A stretch of DNA of 64,000 nt, taken from positions 109,928,001 through 109,992,000 of the forward strand of contig NC_045697.1 of assembly GCF_009834535.1 (NCBI RefSeq), given 5' to 3'. The stretch is from Camelus ferus. Taxonomy: Eukaryota. Every line of letters begins with the position of its first letter. Position 1 is the stretch's first letter. Both the position numbers and the translations under genes were made by a program. The notes beneath the pieces were generated by a model that was given only the letters and a program-made list of their open reading frames with translations, was not told where the DNA came from and did no database searches. Of the stretch, positions 24,816 to 38,662 are shown piece after piece.

Positions 24816-25999
24816 CATCAGGTCTCCAACATGGGATTTCTTTGGGAGACAATAAAAATGTTCTAAAATTGATTATAGTGATGATTGCCCAACTCTGGAG
24901 ATACCTTGCTTTTTCCAGCTGGGCCTGGGCCTGGGCCTGTCATAGATTTTCTGCTCATTGACTCCTAATCTTCTTCCAAAGAAACATCTGAATTGGATGG
25001 ACAACTGATGCAAGTGTCAGCTGAACCAGAAACATCCAAGTACTTTAGACTCCCCCCACTTGGCTGTTTTTGGAAACCTGATCCAGATCTTAGAGAGCTT
25101 TTAAGATGTGGCCAGAGCACAGTGCCTAGCAGGACACCTGGCTCATAGTAGGTGATCAGTCATTTGAATTGCATTATGTCACTTCTCTTTGGACTCTCTT
25201 TAGGGCACAGAAATGAAGTAAAGGATTCTTGTTAATACTGACCTGAGTGTGGCATTCAAAGGCCACCAAATGCAGAGCAGTAGAGTCCTCCATGGAACAC
25301 CAGGGAGGCTTTTTCAGAGTGTTTGTTCAAGCTCACAAAAGCCCTTTGTGGGTCCCTCCTGGGCACATAATATCATCCTCTATGCCATTAAATCAATCTA
25401 TTTTAATTGGAAAATGACTCCCATTTTTGAATCTGCGGAAGGTCCGTGCCCACCTCCATCTGTATCTCCAGCGGCAGATTTCCAGTGTCCTGACAGCAGC
25501 AGGGCTTTTTGTCCTCCTTGTAGTCCTGAAGCCACCAGGGGCCAAAGACCAATTTGCTGTAATAAATTTAATGTTTAGTCTGAGCCATATAGTTTCAGGC
25601 CAGCCAGCGAGGGTTATTTTCCATTAAGTGGACCAAAGAAGCAACTGCGGGCGGCGTGGGCAAACCCTTGTGGGGCCAGCCTCATTCCAAGTCCAGCCAG
25701 CTGCTGAGCCACTTTCAGGGCTGCCCCGAGACCTTTTTGGCCGCAGTTTATGGTGCCTTTGGCTCTTCGAATCTACACTGGGCCATTCTCAAGCACGCAT
25801 TGTAACTCTTGGAAGCTGCGCTAGTTGACTTCTTGTCTAAAAAGTTTGTCACTCAGAATAGTGACAAGAAAGTTTTGTGAGTGATCAGTTCCCTTAGCTA
25901 TCTTGGGAACCTGTTTTTTTTATGTGAGTTAATATTATCTATATTTAAAGAACACCTAAAGATGACATTTTTCAAAGGAAGCCAAACACAAAATAGTCT

Positions 26000-26182
26000 T
26001 GGGGAGGGTAGAATATAGCTCAATGGTAGAGTGCATGCTTAGCATGCACAGGGTGCTGGGCTCAATGCCCAGAACTTCCATTAAATAAATAAACCTAATT
26101 ACCTCCCCCCTAAATAAATAAATACATGAATACATAAATAAGAAAAGAAAGCCATAAAATTAAATAAAAGATAAATTAAAAA
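26000..26182 (+). mobile_element. tRNA-Ala-derived SINE (Vic-1-like)
   Basis: tatagctcaatggtagagtgcatgcttagcatgcac, aaacctaattacctcccc and an A tail. TSD acaaaatagt on both sides. Confidence 0.9.
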
Positions 26183-27272
26183 ACAAAATAGTTTAGAGAT
26201 TGCTAAATTTAAGGGCTTCAAAAAATTATCTGGCCCAGGACTACTAAGACCTTCAGGACCCAGGACATCAATATTAAATGGAAATTCCAGGGCTTTTGAA
26301 TCTGATACCTATTATATTCATCTACTCATCTCTTCATTTATTTCATCAACATCATGAGCAGCTACTCAGCTAAACCTTAGCAGAGTCAAACATGAATTAA
26401 AGAAACCTGCCTTTAGAGAGGTCAAGGTTTGGTACAGGACACTTATGAACATCAACAATGTGATGGGTGCTCTCAGAAGGGCACAGGGGTCCTTAAAACC
26501 AAAAGGAAATTGAAACAAAGAAAAGGCCACTCAAAATGAATTCATGTAAAGTGGAAACTACTACTTTTCCAATTTACTTGGAAAAGGTTTGTTTGAGAAT
26601 TCGTTTGAGAAATAAAACTAAAAGCATGAAAATATTTTTTATTAAGCAAAATAGATTATCACTTAATTGATCTATTCTAGGTCTTCTGACTTCTCACCAA
26701 GCCAAGGGGGTAGGTTGTGTTACCAGGCAAATGAGGAAAAGCTGGGCAGAAAAGACAGCAGACGTTACAGGGCCAAGCCCTCACCTTCCATCTGTTTTTA
26801 TCTTTCCATTCATCTCCTGGTAGTATTATCCAGGTCCTCATGTAGGCCATTTGAATTAACTGAGGCGAATCCGACTTGGACTTGAGTTATACTTTCATTA
26901 GTGTAGTACTTGATTGGGAAACAGAACTTACACAGGAATAGGAAGTGGTCTACAGATGCCCCAAATTTAATTTTGCCAGCCTCTTTACTGTGATTAAACC
27001 TGAGAAAGAGAGTGCATTTTTCCTCCCTTTAATTTAATTTTAACTGTGATTTGATAAATTAGTAGAAGTGTGGCAGCAAATGCATTGAAACTTTCAGCTC
27101 AGAAGAAATTTGTGTCTAAAAATGTCTTGCCCTTTCTCAAAAGGCTGAGAGAAATATAATAGAACCACTTTTATCTTCTTGAATGAAGAGAGCAATGCAT
27201 TTAAATTAAATTAATTAAATTAAGTTAAATTCAATTTAATAGCATTTATGGTTCTTAATGTTAATACTTTAA

Positions 27273-27273
<1 letters not shown>

Positions 27274-27307
<34 letters not shown>
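27274..27307. repeat. (TA)n microsatellite
   Basis: Uninterrupted TA run. Confidence 0.95.
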
Positions 27308-27312
<5 letters not shown>

Positions 27313-27357
27313 TTTTATTAATTTATGGCCTTGAAACTAGTTCTAAAACTGATTAAG

Positions 27358-27636
27358 GAAACAGACTCACAGATATAGAAATAAATTTATGATTACCAGG
27401 GGGAAAAGGAGATAGGAAGTAATAAACTGGGAGTTTGAGATACCAACTACCATACATAAAATAGATAAACAAGTTTCTATTGTATAGCATAGGGAAGTAT
27501 ATTCAATATCTTGTAGTAACCCATGATGAAGAAGAATATGGAAAGGAATATATGTATGTATGTGTATAATTGAAACATGATGCTGTACATCAGAAACTGA
27601 CACAACATTGTAAACTGACTATACTTCAAATAAAAG
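27358..27636 (+). mobile_element. 5'-truncated L1 3' end
   Basis: L1 3'UTR motifs. TSD aaaactgattaag (27345-27357) / aaaatggattaag (27637-27649). Confidence 0.9.
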
Positions 27637-27989
27637 AAAATGGATTAAGTACACCAAAACTTATTTAGCTGGTAAAATTTGCCCTTGGCTTTGTTAAGAA
27701 TCAGTCCACTCACCACATACATAATATATATATATGTATATCAAGAAACATACAGTGAGCATCTCACTAGTGCCGGACTCTGAACTAAGAGCTGTGAGAC
27801 ACAAAGCAATGTCCTCGACACGTTTACCATTTAGTTAAGGAGTTAAGACTAAGACTTGAAATCAGGGAGAAATGTGCATGGCAGTGTATGCTCTGTGCAG
27901 AATTCAATGATTCAATGGAAGTCATTTAGGGGAGAGACCAGCCTCACAGACTTCACTGCACAATTTGGGAGGGGAGAGCATTGCAAACA

Positions 27990-28425
27990 AGCAATAATGA
28001 CACTCCTTTTCGGTCATTCTCACCTTCCGCTGCGACAGGCAAAACCAACTCCACTTCGATTAGCCGCTATTTCAGGACAGGCTGATCTGACCACAAGCCA
28101 CAACTTCCACCTTTAGTAAAAAATCTCCCTCTGCCTGTAAAACCCTCTCCAGACTACAGTGAGAACTACTGGCTGGAGAATCCATCCTACACGCACACCC
28201 CTTTCAGCATCCCTCATTTGCATGAGAACCCACCAATCGGTTCCTACCACCAGGCGTAAATAACCAAGCCCTTGCGCAGAGTGCGGGCTCCAGTCTGACT
28301 GGAGACCCCTTTGCAGGTTTCTTGTAATAAATCTGACTCTGCCGTTGAGCTGTCTCTGATCCTTTCTCTCAGATTCTAACACTCCGTCCTGAGTTGTGTG
28401 AGCTCAAGTACTCATTTGTAGCCAC
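27990..28425 (+). mobile_element. Probable old ERV(L) LTR
   Basis: Octamer, CCAAT, A/T box and aataaa (~28326) in LTR-like order. Boundaries uncertain. Confidence 0.45.
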
Positions 28426-29324
28426 TGTATTTAAATTAAGGGAATGCTAGGTATTGAAACTAACAAACCCAAGTTACATAACAGCTTAAAAAGCTCAAAG
28501 TGGGAATTCATGATCACCAAGTAGCGATTCAGAAATACAGGCTTCTTTCATTTTGTGGTTCTTTCCCCTTCAACACAGGGTTTCCAAGGAAGCTTTGTTT
28601 GTCTGACTCAAGCCAGAGGAAGCGGGGACATTTGCAGGAGGTTTCTAAGAGCTCAGCCTGGAATGGCACACATTCCTTCTAGAAGTCAGGCCCATGGTCA
28701 CATCTACCTGGCTAGAAAATATATCATCTAGGTTTTTACACAGGATGAGGAAGAAACAGGTTTGGTCACTAGTTAGCCATAACAGTCATGATTCAAGAAA
28801 CAAAAAGGAGCTGAGAGAACCGGGTACTAGCTGAAATGTGTTATTTGATGACCATTTCTTCACTTTTTAAAAAACGTGCACTCTGAATCCGATTAATGGA
28901 AGAGTGTCCTTTTCCAATGCCAGACGCTGATTTGTGGTGTGTTCAGAGATGGTTGAGCAGTTTTAGATATGTCCAGCTTGTACATGTGTATATGTGAGTA
29001 GCAAGAGAGACACCAGAGTAAATCTTCATTACATTCTCATACAGTGTGTAATACACAAAAGATTGTGTGTCTGTGTGTGTTTGTGTGGGTGGGATGAGTG
29101 GGAGCATATGTAACCCCATAAATAATATACGTGTACACAAACCTTTGCTATTATCCCAATAGTAGAATATGCATGTTTCTCAAATGACGTAGATTTATAT
29201 GTTAAAGTTACCAGTGGAGTGGAAGATATAAGTAATATATTTTCAACATCTGTTCATTCACCCACACAAAGATAATTTTAACATTTTTAGTTGAATGGAA
29301 GCACCTTGTTTGGGAGGTGACGGG

Positions 29325-29780
29325 TGTTATGGATTGAATTGTGTCCCCAAGAAAGATGTGTCGAAGTCTTAACATCTGAGTGTGATCTTGTTTGGAAGCA
29401 GGGTCTTGCGGATGTAATCAGGTTAAAATGAGATCATACTGGATTAGGGTGAGCCCTAATCCAATGACTTGTGTCCTTATAAGCAACTGTTTGGACCCAG
29501 AGTGACACAGACGCACAAGGAGGACACCATGAGAATAGGGAAGCAGAGACTGGAGAGATGCAGTTACAAACCAAGGAACACCAAGGGTTGCCAGCAGCCA
29601 CAAGGAGCGAGGACAGAGGCATGGGATGGATTCTCTCTCAGAACCTCCAGAAACAACCCACCCTGCCAACACCTGAATTTCAGACTTCTAGCCTCCAGAG
29701 CTGTGAGAAAATAAACTTCTGTTGTTTTAAGCCACCCAGTGTGTGCTAATTTATAACAGCAGCCCTAGAGAACTAACACA
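29325..29780 (+). mobile_element. MaLR LTR (MLT1B/C-like), full length
   Basis: Starts tgttatggattgaattgtgtcccc and ends cagcagccctagagaactaacaca. Flanks cggg/tggg fit a CpG-decayed TSD. Confidence 0.92.
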
Positions 29781-32679
29781 TGGGTTATACATTTATTTAC
29801 AGTATTGACGCTTACCTCTTATAAACTTTCAACTTACACATTTTCATGCATATAAGGAAAGGTATGAGCCAGAACATAAGAACCATGACTCTGTCCATTG
29901 CCCAAAAATGAGAATAACAGTTGCTTTTATGAAATCACTTTGGTCTTAGAAACAACTGAATTTGAGAAAACTTTCCAGAAACCAGTCAGTTTGTAAGTAA
30001 AGGAGCTTCTGCGTCATATATGTTTATCTCATGAGCAGTGCATCTAATTGCATTTCATACAAGAAAGGAACAAAAAAATCAATCTAGTTTCAATTCATGG
30101 ACTCAGTGGGAGTTTTGCTTGTCTCACTAATGAACATAAAACACACACACACACACACACACTAGCAATGCCTGTACACCTCTTCTCAAAAAGCTACTCC
30201 AGACTCAATGCCTCCAAGCTTCCTTTTAGGTAAACTGGGTGCCGACCTGACAGAGATATTGCTAAGTGTCTTAGGTTGTCCCAACCCCATGAGACCAATG
30301 ATCTTGACCATGATGTCACCAGTGACAGCCATGGCGAGGAGCTGCCCCCCACCTTCCAACGTCCCAGCCCTTGTCCATTGCAATGAGTCTGGCACACCGT
30401 GCTTGAGAGTAGGTGCTCGGCACTCATGCTGGTTTTATAAACAATCGTGCCTTTCCTTCCTTCTTCTTAGAGCACATTTAGCACCTCCGGAATATAGTTA
30501 CACTTTTAGGAGCTTCCTACTTTTATTGAGAAGTTGGTACAGGCAGCTCAAACTTGCAGTAGCACTTCAGATTTTCTATCTGGTTATAATTACATTCATG
30601 GGAAAAACGCACACATAAATATTCTTCACTCTTAGTTTCATGGAAGAAAGTCTATTTAGAGACCGTTCACCAAATGCAAACCTCATGTTCTACCTGAGAG
30701 TTGGAATGAATTGAGATTGCATCATTTCTCAAGAAGAGGAGTGGGTAGGTTAGGAACAGGCACAACTCTTCATATTGAGCCATAAAGCATTAAGATAGCA
30801 TTAATTGCAAAGTTTCCTCTATTCCATTCTTTTTAAGCAGGGCAACACATGAAAACAATTTCCTGTACTTTGTCTTTTGATTTAATGCTTGCTATAGACA
30901 TGTGTTACATTTTAATGGAGGCGTGGTTAGAGGAGAAATTGTACTCAAACTATATAGTCACAAGAGTGTGGCGAAGAAGTTTCTCACAGAGATGGAAAGA
31001 ATTATATTATTGACCAAATAAATTAGATTTGGGAGACTTGACAGGATTCTATGATCTACTTCCATGTTGTTTATAACGCTGGGACCCTGTGTTTCTTAAA
31101 GTGGTCCCCTATAATTCTTTATCCTGCTGGTTTGTTTTTTGGTTTAATTAAGTGCCTTTTACAAGGGGGTGCTTGGAATTGGGTCATGTACCATGTTTGT
31201 GGCAGAAGAAGAGATGCTGCCAATAAACAACAACAACAACAAGCTAATGGAGTTTGAAGTTTATAAATGGAAGGTCTAGTTGAACTAAAAATGGAAAATC
31301 CAAGTAATGAATCTTCCCAATAAAAAAGTGACCATCTTTGAACGTGTGGGTTTCTCAGGGTTCTGAAGACACTCTCTTCATTTTACTTGCTTGAAAAGTT
31401 TAAACCTCAAAACAGCAAAACAATAAAATAAAACTTTGGCTCAAGATATAAAACACTCTTCTTAAAGGTGGAACAAATTTTCTCCTGGAATATTGACTTT
31501 TCCTTTGGACCTCGCAATATCTAAGAAAATGTCCCAGAGTTTGGGAACATTCTTTTATTTCAAAACAAGATCTTGTTTCTAAAACCCTCTTAACTGGCCT
31601 CTGTCATTTTTCTAATAAAAAAACACCACCAAAAAAATAGTCTATGAATTATGCCAGAGTAAGACCCCAGAAGAGTCTACCTCAGAATAGTTTTCCATGA
31701 GCATTTACAGAAAGGCCAGGGTCAAAATATTCACAGGTTGACTATAATTATTTTCATGGTGTCAGGGAAAGTATCATCAGTTTTTCATGTCCTAGCCCTT
31801 GGTGAAGCAGCGTGAGTTGCAATTAATTTAGAAAGCTAAACTTTCCGATACTCTAGGTGAATTGCTATAGCTTTGTTATCTTGTGCTCATTGTAACTCTT
31901 AGCTATTTATTTTTATCAGAAGGCTAAACTAGGAAGCAAATAAAATGGTGGGCTAAAAAATGAAAAAAAAAGATGGAAAACCCAGAATCCCCAGATAAGA
32001 ATTTCAAAAATACCTTCTCTTTGCAATCCAAAGCACATAGCTCAGTCAGTTGATGGAGATGTGAACAGAGGCACTGCTTCCCCAAGGCACCCAGTGTTCT
32101 CATCTTTTGTCAGTGTTGGCTGGGGTGCTCAAATCAAGCTGACTATCCCTGGTAATATGGGCATAAAAAACTTTGCCTTTTCTCCAGCACACAGAAGTCA
32201 CAGGAAAAGGACACGCTGTAGCTGGCAGATGTATTTTTTAAAGTTCAAAATTAAAGAATACAAATTGAAATGATAGGACATCAATTTTCATATATCCAAT
32301 TAGCAAGGTTTGTTTTTTATAATAATACTGAACTCTGATAGTCTTAAACATGGCTGTCTGGAAGATTCTTTTTTTTTTTTTGAGATTACTTTAATCAAAT
32401 CCCTATTATTTCAAATTACTTTTAAAAATAATATCAGTTCATTAGATGGGTACCTACACATAATACAAAACCATGTAAATATAATTGTGTTAGCATTTCT
32501 TTCACCAGTTCATTTGGTCACATCAGCCTGGCACATGGGAAGTGGGTACAACTGCTTTTGTGTCTGAGTGTTTCCACCTGTGTGCTTTATGTTTTAGGCA
32601 TTCATTCATTCATTAAATTTTATTTCATTTTCCAAATCCCTGTTGTTGTTAATTATACCATTACTCTTGTATTTTATTT

Positions 32680-33690
32680 TAACTTATTTTGATTGAGATA
32701 AAATTGATTTATAACATTGTGTTAGTTTTAGGTGTACTACATAATGAGTTGACATTTGTATGTATTGTGAAATGATTCACACAGTAAGTTTACTTAACAA
32801 CCATTAACACACAGTTACAATTTTTTTTTCTTGCAATGAGAACTTTTAAGATCTACTCTCTTAACAACTTTTAAATACACAATACAGTATTAACTATAGT
32901 CACCACGCTGCACCACATCCTCAGGATTTATTATCTTATAATTGAACGTTTGTACGTTTTGATCACCTTTACCCATTTTATCCACTCCATACCCTACATT
33001 TCTGGCAACCACCAATCACTTATCCATATGTACTAGTTTGTTTTTCTTAAGACTCCACTCATAAATGGTATCATATGGTATTTGTTTTTCTCTGACTGAC
33101 TTATTTCATTAGCATAGTGCCCTCAGGGTCCATCCATGCTTTTGCAAATGGCAAGATTTCCTTCTTTTTTATGGCTGAATTATGTTGTGTATCTATACCA
33201 TTTTCTTTATCCATCCATCCCTTGGTGGAAACTAAAGTTATTTCCATGTTTTGGCTATTGTAGGAGATGTTTTTGTTTGTTTGTTTGTTTTTTGGGGGGT
33301 GGTTAATAGGTTTATTTATTTATTTATTTTAACAGAAGTTCTGGGGATTGAACCCAGGACCTCATGCATGCTAAGCATGCACTCTACCACTGAGCTAGAC
33401 CCTCCCCCTTGACTATTGTAAATAATGCTGCAGTGAACATGGGTGTGCAGATATCTTTTTGAGAGTTTCCTTCAGGTTAAGTACCCAGAAGTGGAGATGC
33501 TGGTTCATATGGCAGTTCTATTTTTAATTTTTTGAGAAACCTCCATTCTGTTTTCCGTAGTGGCTGCACCAATTTACAATACTACCAAAAGTGCACAAAG
33601 GTTCCCTTTACGTCACATCCTTTCCAACACTTGTTATCTCTTGTCTCTTTAAAGGTAGCCATTCTAACAAGTGAGAGGTGATATCTCATT
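32680..33690 (-). mobile_element. L1 3' end (L1MA-type), interrupted by a SINE
   Basis: Antisense L1 ORF2-end and 3'UTR motifs (cccagaagtgg...gctggttcatatggcagttctatttttaattttttgag; gccattctaacaagtgagaggtgatatctcat). Confidence 0.9.
33263..33408 (-). mobile_element. Vic-1-like SINE nested in L1
   Basis: Reverse tRNA-Ala head. TSD ttggctattgta (33251-33262) / ttgactattgta (33409-33420). Confidence 0.92.
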
Positions 33691-33771
33691 TGACTGCAAG
33701 ATTCTACTAAACAAATTTATAATACATATACAAGAGCTTTAAAATATTCACACACTTTAACCTAGGAGTTC

Positions 33772-34372
33772 TGTTGTTGAACCCTGGTTCATGGGCCTGA
33801 CGCACAGTGAGGCCAAACTGAAATGTCTGAGTTTGGAGCAGAGAAAGGTTTATTACAGGGCTAAACAAGGAGAATGGAGTGGAGTGAGGGGCTGGCTTAT
33901 GCTCAAAAGACCGGAATTCCCTGATGGGTTTCAGGGAAGAGTTTTTAGGGAGTGTGACTTTCTTTTGGTTGGTTGGCGGTGGGATAATGGGAGGAGCTCC
34001 AGGAATCTCAATCACCAGCTGCTGGTTCCAACCATTCTGGGGTCCACATACTTGTGCTCAGCCTGAGGTTCCCATCTTCTGCCTGGGTGGGGACCCCAGC
34101 TCCTATAGAAGAACTCATAGATATCTGTTGGATTACTATGCACATTCCCTGGGGAGGAACCAGGACCCTGCACCATTGCTGCTGTGTTCTTGGTTGACTG
34201 CCTTTCCTTTTTTCTGCATCCCCTCACTTCCCTACCAGTAACCGCTTAAATCTGCCCTTTGGAACTCAGGAAAAGTCTAAGAAGTGGAAGCCTTTTTTCT
34301 ACAAACAAGAAGCGGGAGACACAGAAAAGCTTTTATACCCAGGAGGGTCCCACAGGGTCCTGCTTGGTTTCA
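33772..34372 (-). mobile_element. ERV1-type solo LTR (family B)
   Basis: TG/CA termini; 4-bp flanks gttc/attc. Both ends are homologous to 54002-54476. Confidence 0.85.
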
Positions 34373-34769
34373 ATTCTATTTTTAGAAAGTAATGAGAGAT
34401 GCTTTTGAATACATATGAACAAAGGTGTTTATTATGGTTATTTATAATATTAGAAAAATTAGAAATAAAAGCCTGAAATATCCAATAAGAGGCGAAAGAA
34501 TAAGTAAATAGTTACATGTGTGTAACAGAATATTCAGCAGACATTAAACAAATGAAGATCAAATCAGAACCCAAGCTAAATCTGGCCCAGAAGATGCCAG
34601 GTCCAGTCATCCTGGAACAGGGGAAGAAAGCTGTATCTGTATGTAAAACTTAGAAGGACTGAAAGCTTGGAGCCCAGCTGAGGGTGACCCCAGCTGCCTG
34701 TGTAGGGATCTAAGCCATCAAGTGCATGACAGTGGCAGTGGTTTGTCATGGGTCCATTGTGAGACATCG

Positions 34770-35420
34770 TGAGGAAGGAAGGGGCAGGGCACAGCCATTC
34801 AAGGAACAAGACAGCAATTAACACCAAAATGGTGGAAGATTCAACTTCCAGTAGACCTTGAGGCTCAAGACTGTAGGAGATTTGACTTCTAGTAGACTTT
34901 GAGCTTCATTATACACTGACTGTAATATATTAGCGTGATAAATAACATTCCCATAGACACCATGGCAGCTTCGGGGCTGCCCATAAAAGGTCAAAGAGTG
35001 GGCAGTGGCCGAGTTCCTGGGAATCCCAGTCCCTTCCCCAAGGTAGCTGGAACGATCCTCCCACTTGTAGGCATGTGAAACTACCGAGTCCATAAAAACT
35101 GGCAACACCGCACCTCATGGCTACCTCTCTTGCTCCCTCATCTTTGGAGATGGCCCACACTCTGTCTATGGAATGCGTATCTACTTTTACTTGAACCCCC
35201 AACCCCCACACCTCGTGGCCTTTCTCTCACCTTCTGAAACAGCCTACAACTCTATGTAGTATGTATTTCTCTAAATCTATCTTTACTCAACTGTGGTTCA
35301 CTTGTGAATTCTTTCCTGCACAAAGCCAAGGACCCACACCTGGCGGGGCATGTCCCAGGGACTCAACCAAGACCTGGGACACAACTCTCCTCTCACCCTA
35401 CATTTATTTTCCCTGTATCA
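34770..35420 (+). mobile_element. ERV1-type solo LTR
   Basis: tgaggaagg...ctgtatca; 4-bp TSD atcg/attg (CpG decay); TATA-like cataaaa; U5-like tgaattctttcctgcacaaagccaaggacc. Confidence 0.85.
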
Positions 35421-37495
35421 ATTGGACTGGGGAAAGCAGGGACCCTGGGTGTCAGTGACTGAACCCACTTAGTTGTGAATGGATCAGACTTCAGGGAAGG
35501 ACTAAACTCCTTGGGTTGAGGGAATGCCAATGTTCTTGGTTTGTTCATGAGAAAGATGTTTGCTTTTTTTCCCTTATCTTAGGATAATTTAAAAACTAAA
35601 GCAAACACAATTGTGTTTACACCTGGAGTTGGCAAAGTGAATCAGAGAGATGCATAGTTAGGCAGATGGTTCTGGAATAATGTGAAAGAAATACACCAAA
35701 ATGTTCATTTTACTTGTCTCCAGGTAGTGAGATTTTGCACTTTTTTTTCCACTTCTTTTCAGTAATTCTTTGGGTTTAAATACGTAATTAGCATTTATCA
35801 TTTTTATAGTGTAAAAAATATAAAAATAATTATAAAAAAGAACGAAAAAGAACACTGTCCTCCCAGAATATGTTGTCTTCTCTTACTCCCTGCACCTGTC
35901 TTCCCAAATAAGGGGCCAATGGATACCTGGATTCTGACAGCAGCTAACCCAGTTCAAGCTCCTCCGGTTCAGCAGATGTGTCTGCTCTGGGAAAATTCAG
36001 AGCTTCCCTTCACTCACACCACAAAGACAGATATCTGACAGCTTTACTCTCTAACTTCTCCCTCTTCAATAGTCCTAGTTCTGTATTTTAGGGAAGAGAA
36101 AGAAAAGAACTAATAAGCTCTCTGGTGGGCTGTGGGGTTGCTTTTGTTTCATCACAAGAATTTAAGACCGGGATATATTGTTTAATTGCTTTCATACTTT
36201 AAACCATATTTACACGTGAACACTGTCTTCTCCAAAGTCCATGAGGAATCAACATGGGACAATGGGGAAAATAGATGTGTTTTACCTGGAAAGATTCAGT
36301 TTTGTGCTGGGGGTGGAATTTTGAGCTCCTGCTATGCTGGGTCTGCTGGCTGATTCTCAGCACCATCCCTAGCACCCATCATGGTACTCTACAGAATGGG
36401 AGTCTGTAGCCACCTCTGAATTCGGTGGGGCTTTGAATGGACAAAAATATTTGCAATGAGCTTTGAGAATAATCTTTACAATATTTTATCAGGATGAAAT
36501 TGCTGTTTCTTAGAGGCTAACAAGATTTTGGTGGAGGCAAAAAGAGACTTGATGTATAAAAGATTCATCTTCAAAATGTTTCTTTTAAAGGGACAATGTA
36601 TTTTTGTTATCACTTGAACAATGAACACTGTAAAGTCTTGATGGGGACAGAATTGCCAGAACAGAAGCATTTCTTTTTACCAGCAAAGGAAACTGGGCAG
36701 ATAGAAACATGAAATTTAGTATGAAAATTCTAGAACTCAGCCTCATTTAAAAAAAAAAAAATTTAAAGGCCATACCACAGATTTTCTTCCCTGGAGATAA
36801 AGATCATGATAATTTCTAACAAAAAGAATGTCTTTTGAATCTGTAGAAGTTCTTCTATGTTCCAGGTTTCATAGAATATGAAAGCCAACCTTATTTTGCT
36901 AAAACTCATTGTTTAAGGTTTAGGTTCAAATTTGAGATATTGTAAGTTACTTTTTAAAGAGCTATGAAAAATTCAAACTAGAAATACAGGTGCTTAGGGG
37001 ATTTTGTTGCACTTCTTCAATTCATGTAACTATAAAATCATGACATTTTAAAATTAGATTACCATTTAATGGTGGGTGACCCATTTGCAATGGAGACAGA
37101 TAAGTCTGTGGATAATGTAAGTCAACTTACTCCCAAACACCACCTCTTAACACCGCACACATACTCACAGGCAAATAGTGTATCATTTTACATTCCCTAT
37201 GTAATTTGTAAATGTTTTAACCTTCCATTTTCTCATGCACAGTTCACCTTACCAGAGAACAAATATGTAAAATGAAAATAGGTATATTAGTGGTATGGAA
37301 GCTTTAACTTGTCTTAATATGTCCTTTCGCAAGAGGAAAATACCAACCTTCTAGAAAGAAGTTTGAGGGGAAAGAATCCTTCAGTGTGGTGCATGTTGGG
37401 GAAGCCAATCTCAAGGGGGCCTGGACCCTGCTCTGTGGTGTCAGCACATTCTCATCACTGGCTGGCTTGGCTTTGACAATGGTGCACCTGGAAAC

Positions 37496-37981
37496 TGTCA
37501 CTGAAAGAAAAGGCACAATGTGAAACTTGTGAGTTAAGCTTTACTAAGGATCTTATGGAGGACTATAGCCCATGAGCCAGCCTCCCAGGAGCTCTGAGAA
37601 ACTGCTCAGAAGAGATGAGCAAGGAATGATGGTTTATATATAGTTTTTGGGGTTTTTTTTGGCCAGGGAATGCACACAGTCAAGCATACATCTTGATAAA
37701 AGATTATGGCTAGTCACAAAAGAACAAATGTCTCATGGTAATGAATATAGTGCTTCTCTATGTATGGGAAGATGTAAGAAGATGGATGTATTAAAATTCT
37801 TCCTGAGATATGACTAACTATCTAAGGGGTCTGTTTGACCATAGCACACAGCATTCTATTATCATCTTCGTTGCTTCTGTCTGAAGCTCTGAGGGCACTG
37901 TTGGTCAGCAACAGCATAACGGTTATCTTTGTAGACTCAGGTGGTGAGCAAAATGCTCTTTCTTCTTCTTTCGTTTGCACA
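37496..37981 (-). mobile_element. ERV1 solo LTR (MER34/MER39-like)
   Basis: Minus strand ends ...ttgtgccttttctttcagtgaca. Homologous to 38159-38599. Confidence 0.8.
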
Positions 37982-38158
37982 GATATGCCTAATGATTTGT
38001 CCAATTAAAGTGGTTGGTTTTGCTATTTAATAATGCTTCTCCCTCAATGTCAAAATGAAGACATCTTCAATGTAGAAAACTTAAGAAACACAGAAAAGGA
38101 TGAATTAAAAAAAAAAAACCCAAAACCATTACCTGGGGGTGACCTAAGGTTATATAGC

Positions 38159-38599
38159 TGTGGACAAAGAATGTCATTTACCACATCAGTAAACAAAGGA
38201 TGTGTGGTCATCAAGCCATTGGCCACAGCAGCCACCCACAATACGCACGCTGAGGGGACTCAGGATGGAGAAAAGCTGACCCTAGATAGTTAAGGTGCAC
38301 AGCGAAGAAGTAATTTCAATGACTCCAGACTCTTGCATCTTCTCATACATAGAAAAGTGCTAAATTCATTACTTGGGAAGTCTGGTTTTCCTTTAACTAA
38401 CAGTCATCTTTTGATGTTCTGACTATCTGTTTCTTTTTTTGGAAAAACTCCTATATATCCTGGTTCCTCCCTTACCTCTTCAGAGCAACCCTTCAGAGCT
38501 CTCTGGGAGGCTGTCTCCCAGGCTTAAGTCCTCAGCAAGTCTGCTGAATAAAACATAATTCTCAACTTTAAAGTTGTGCTTTTTTTTTTTCCACCCACA
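38159..38599 (+). mobile_element. ERV1 solo LTR (MER34/MER39-like)
   Basis: tgtggac... start, ctatatatcc TATA, gggaggctgtctcccaggcttaagtcctc, aataaa and ...ca end. Confidence 0.8.
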
Positions 38600-38662
38600 C
38601 AGACTTTTAGACATTTTTATCTGGCATGCACACATCCCATACCTACTTCTAACAAATTTATA

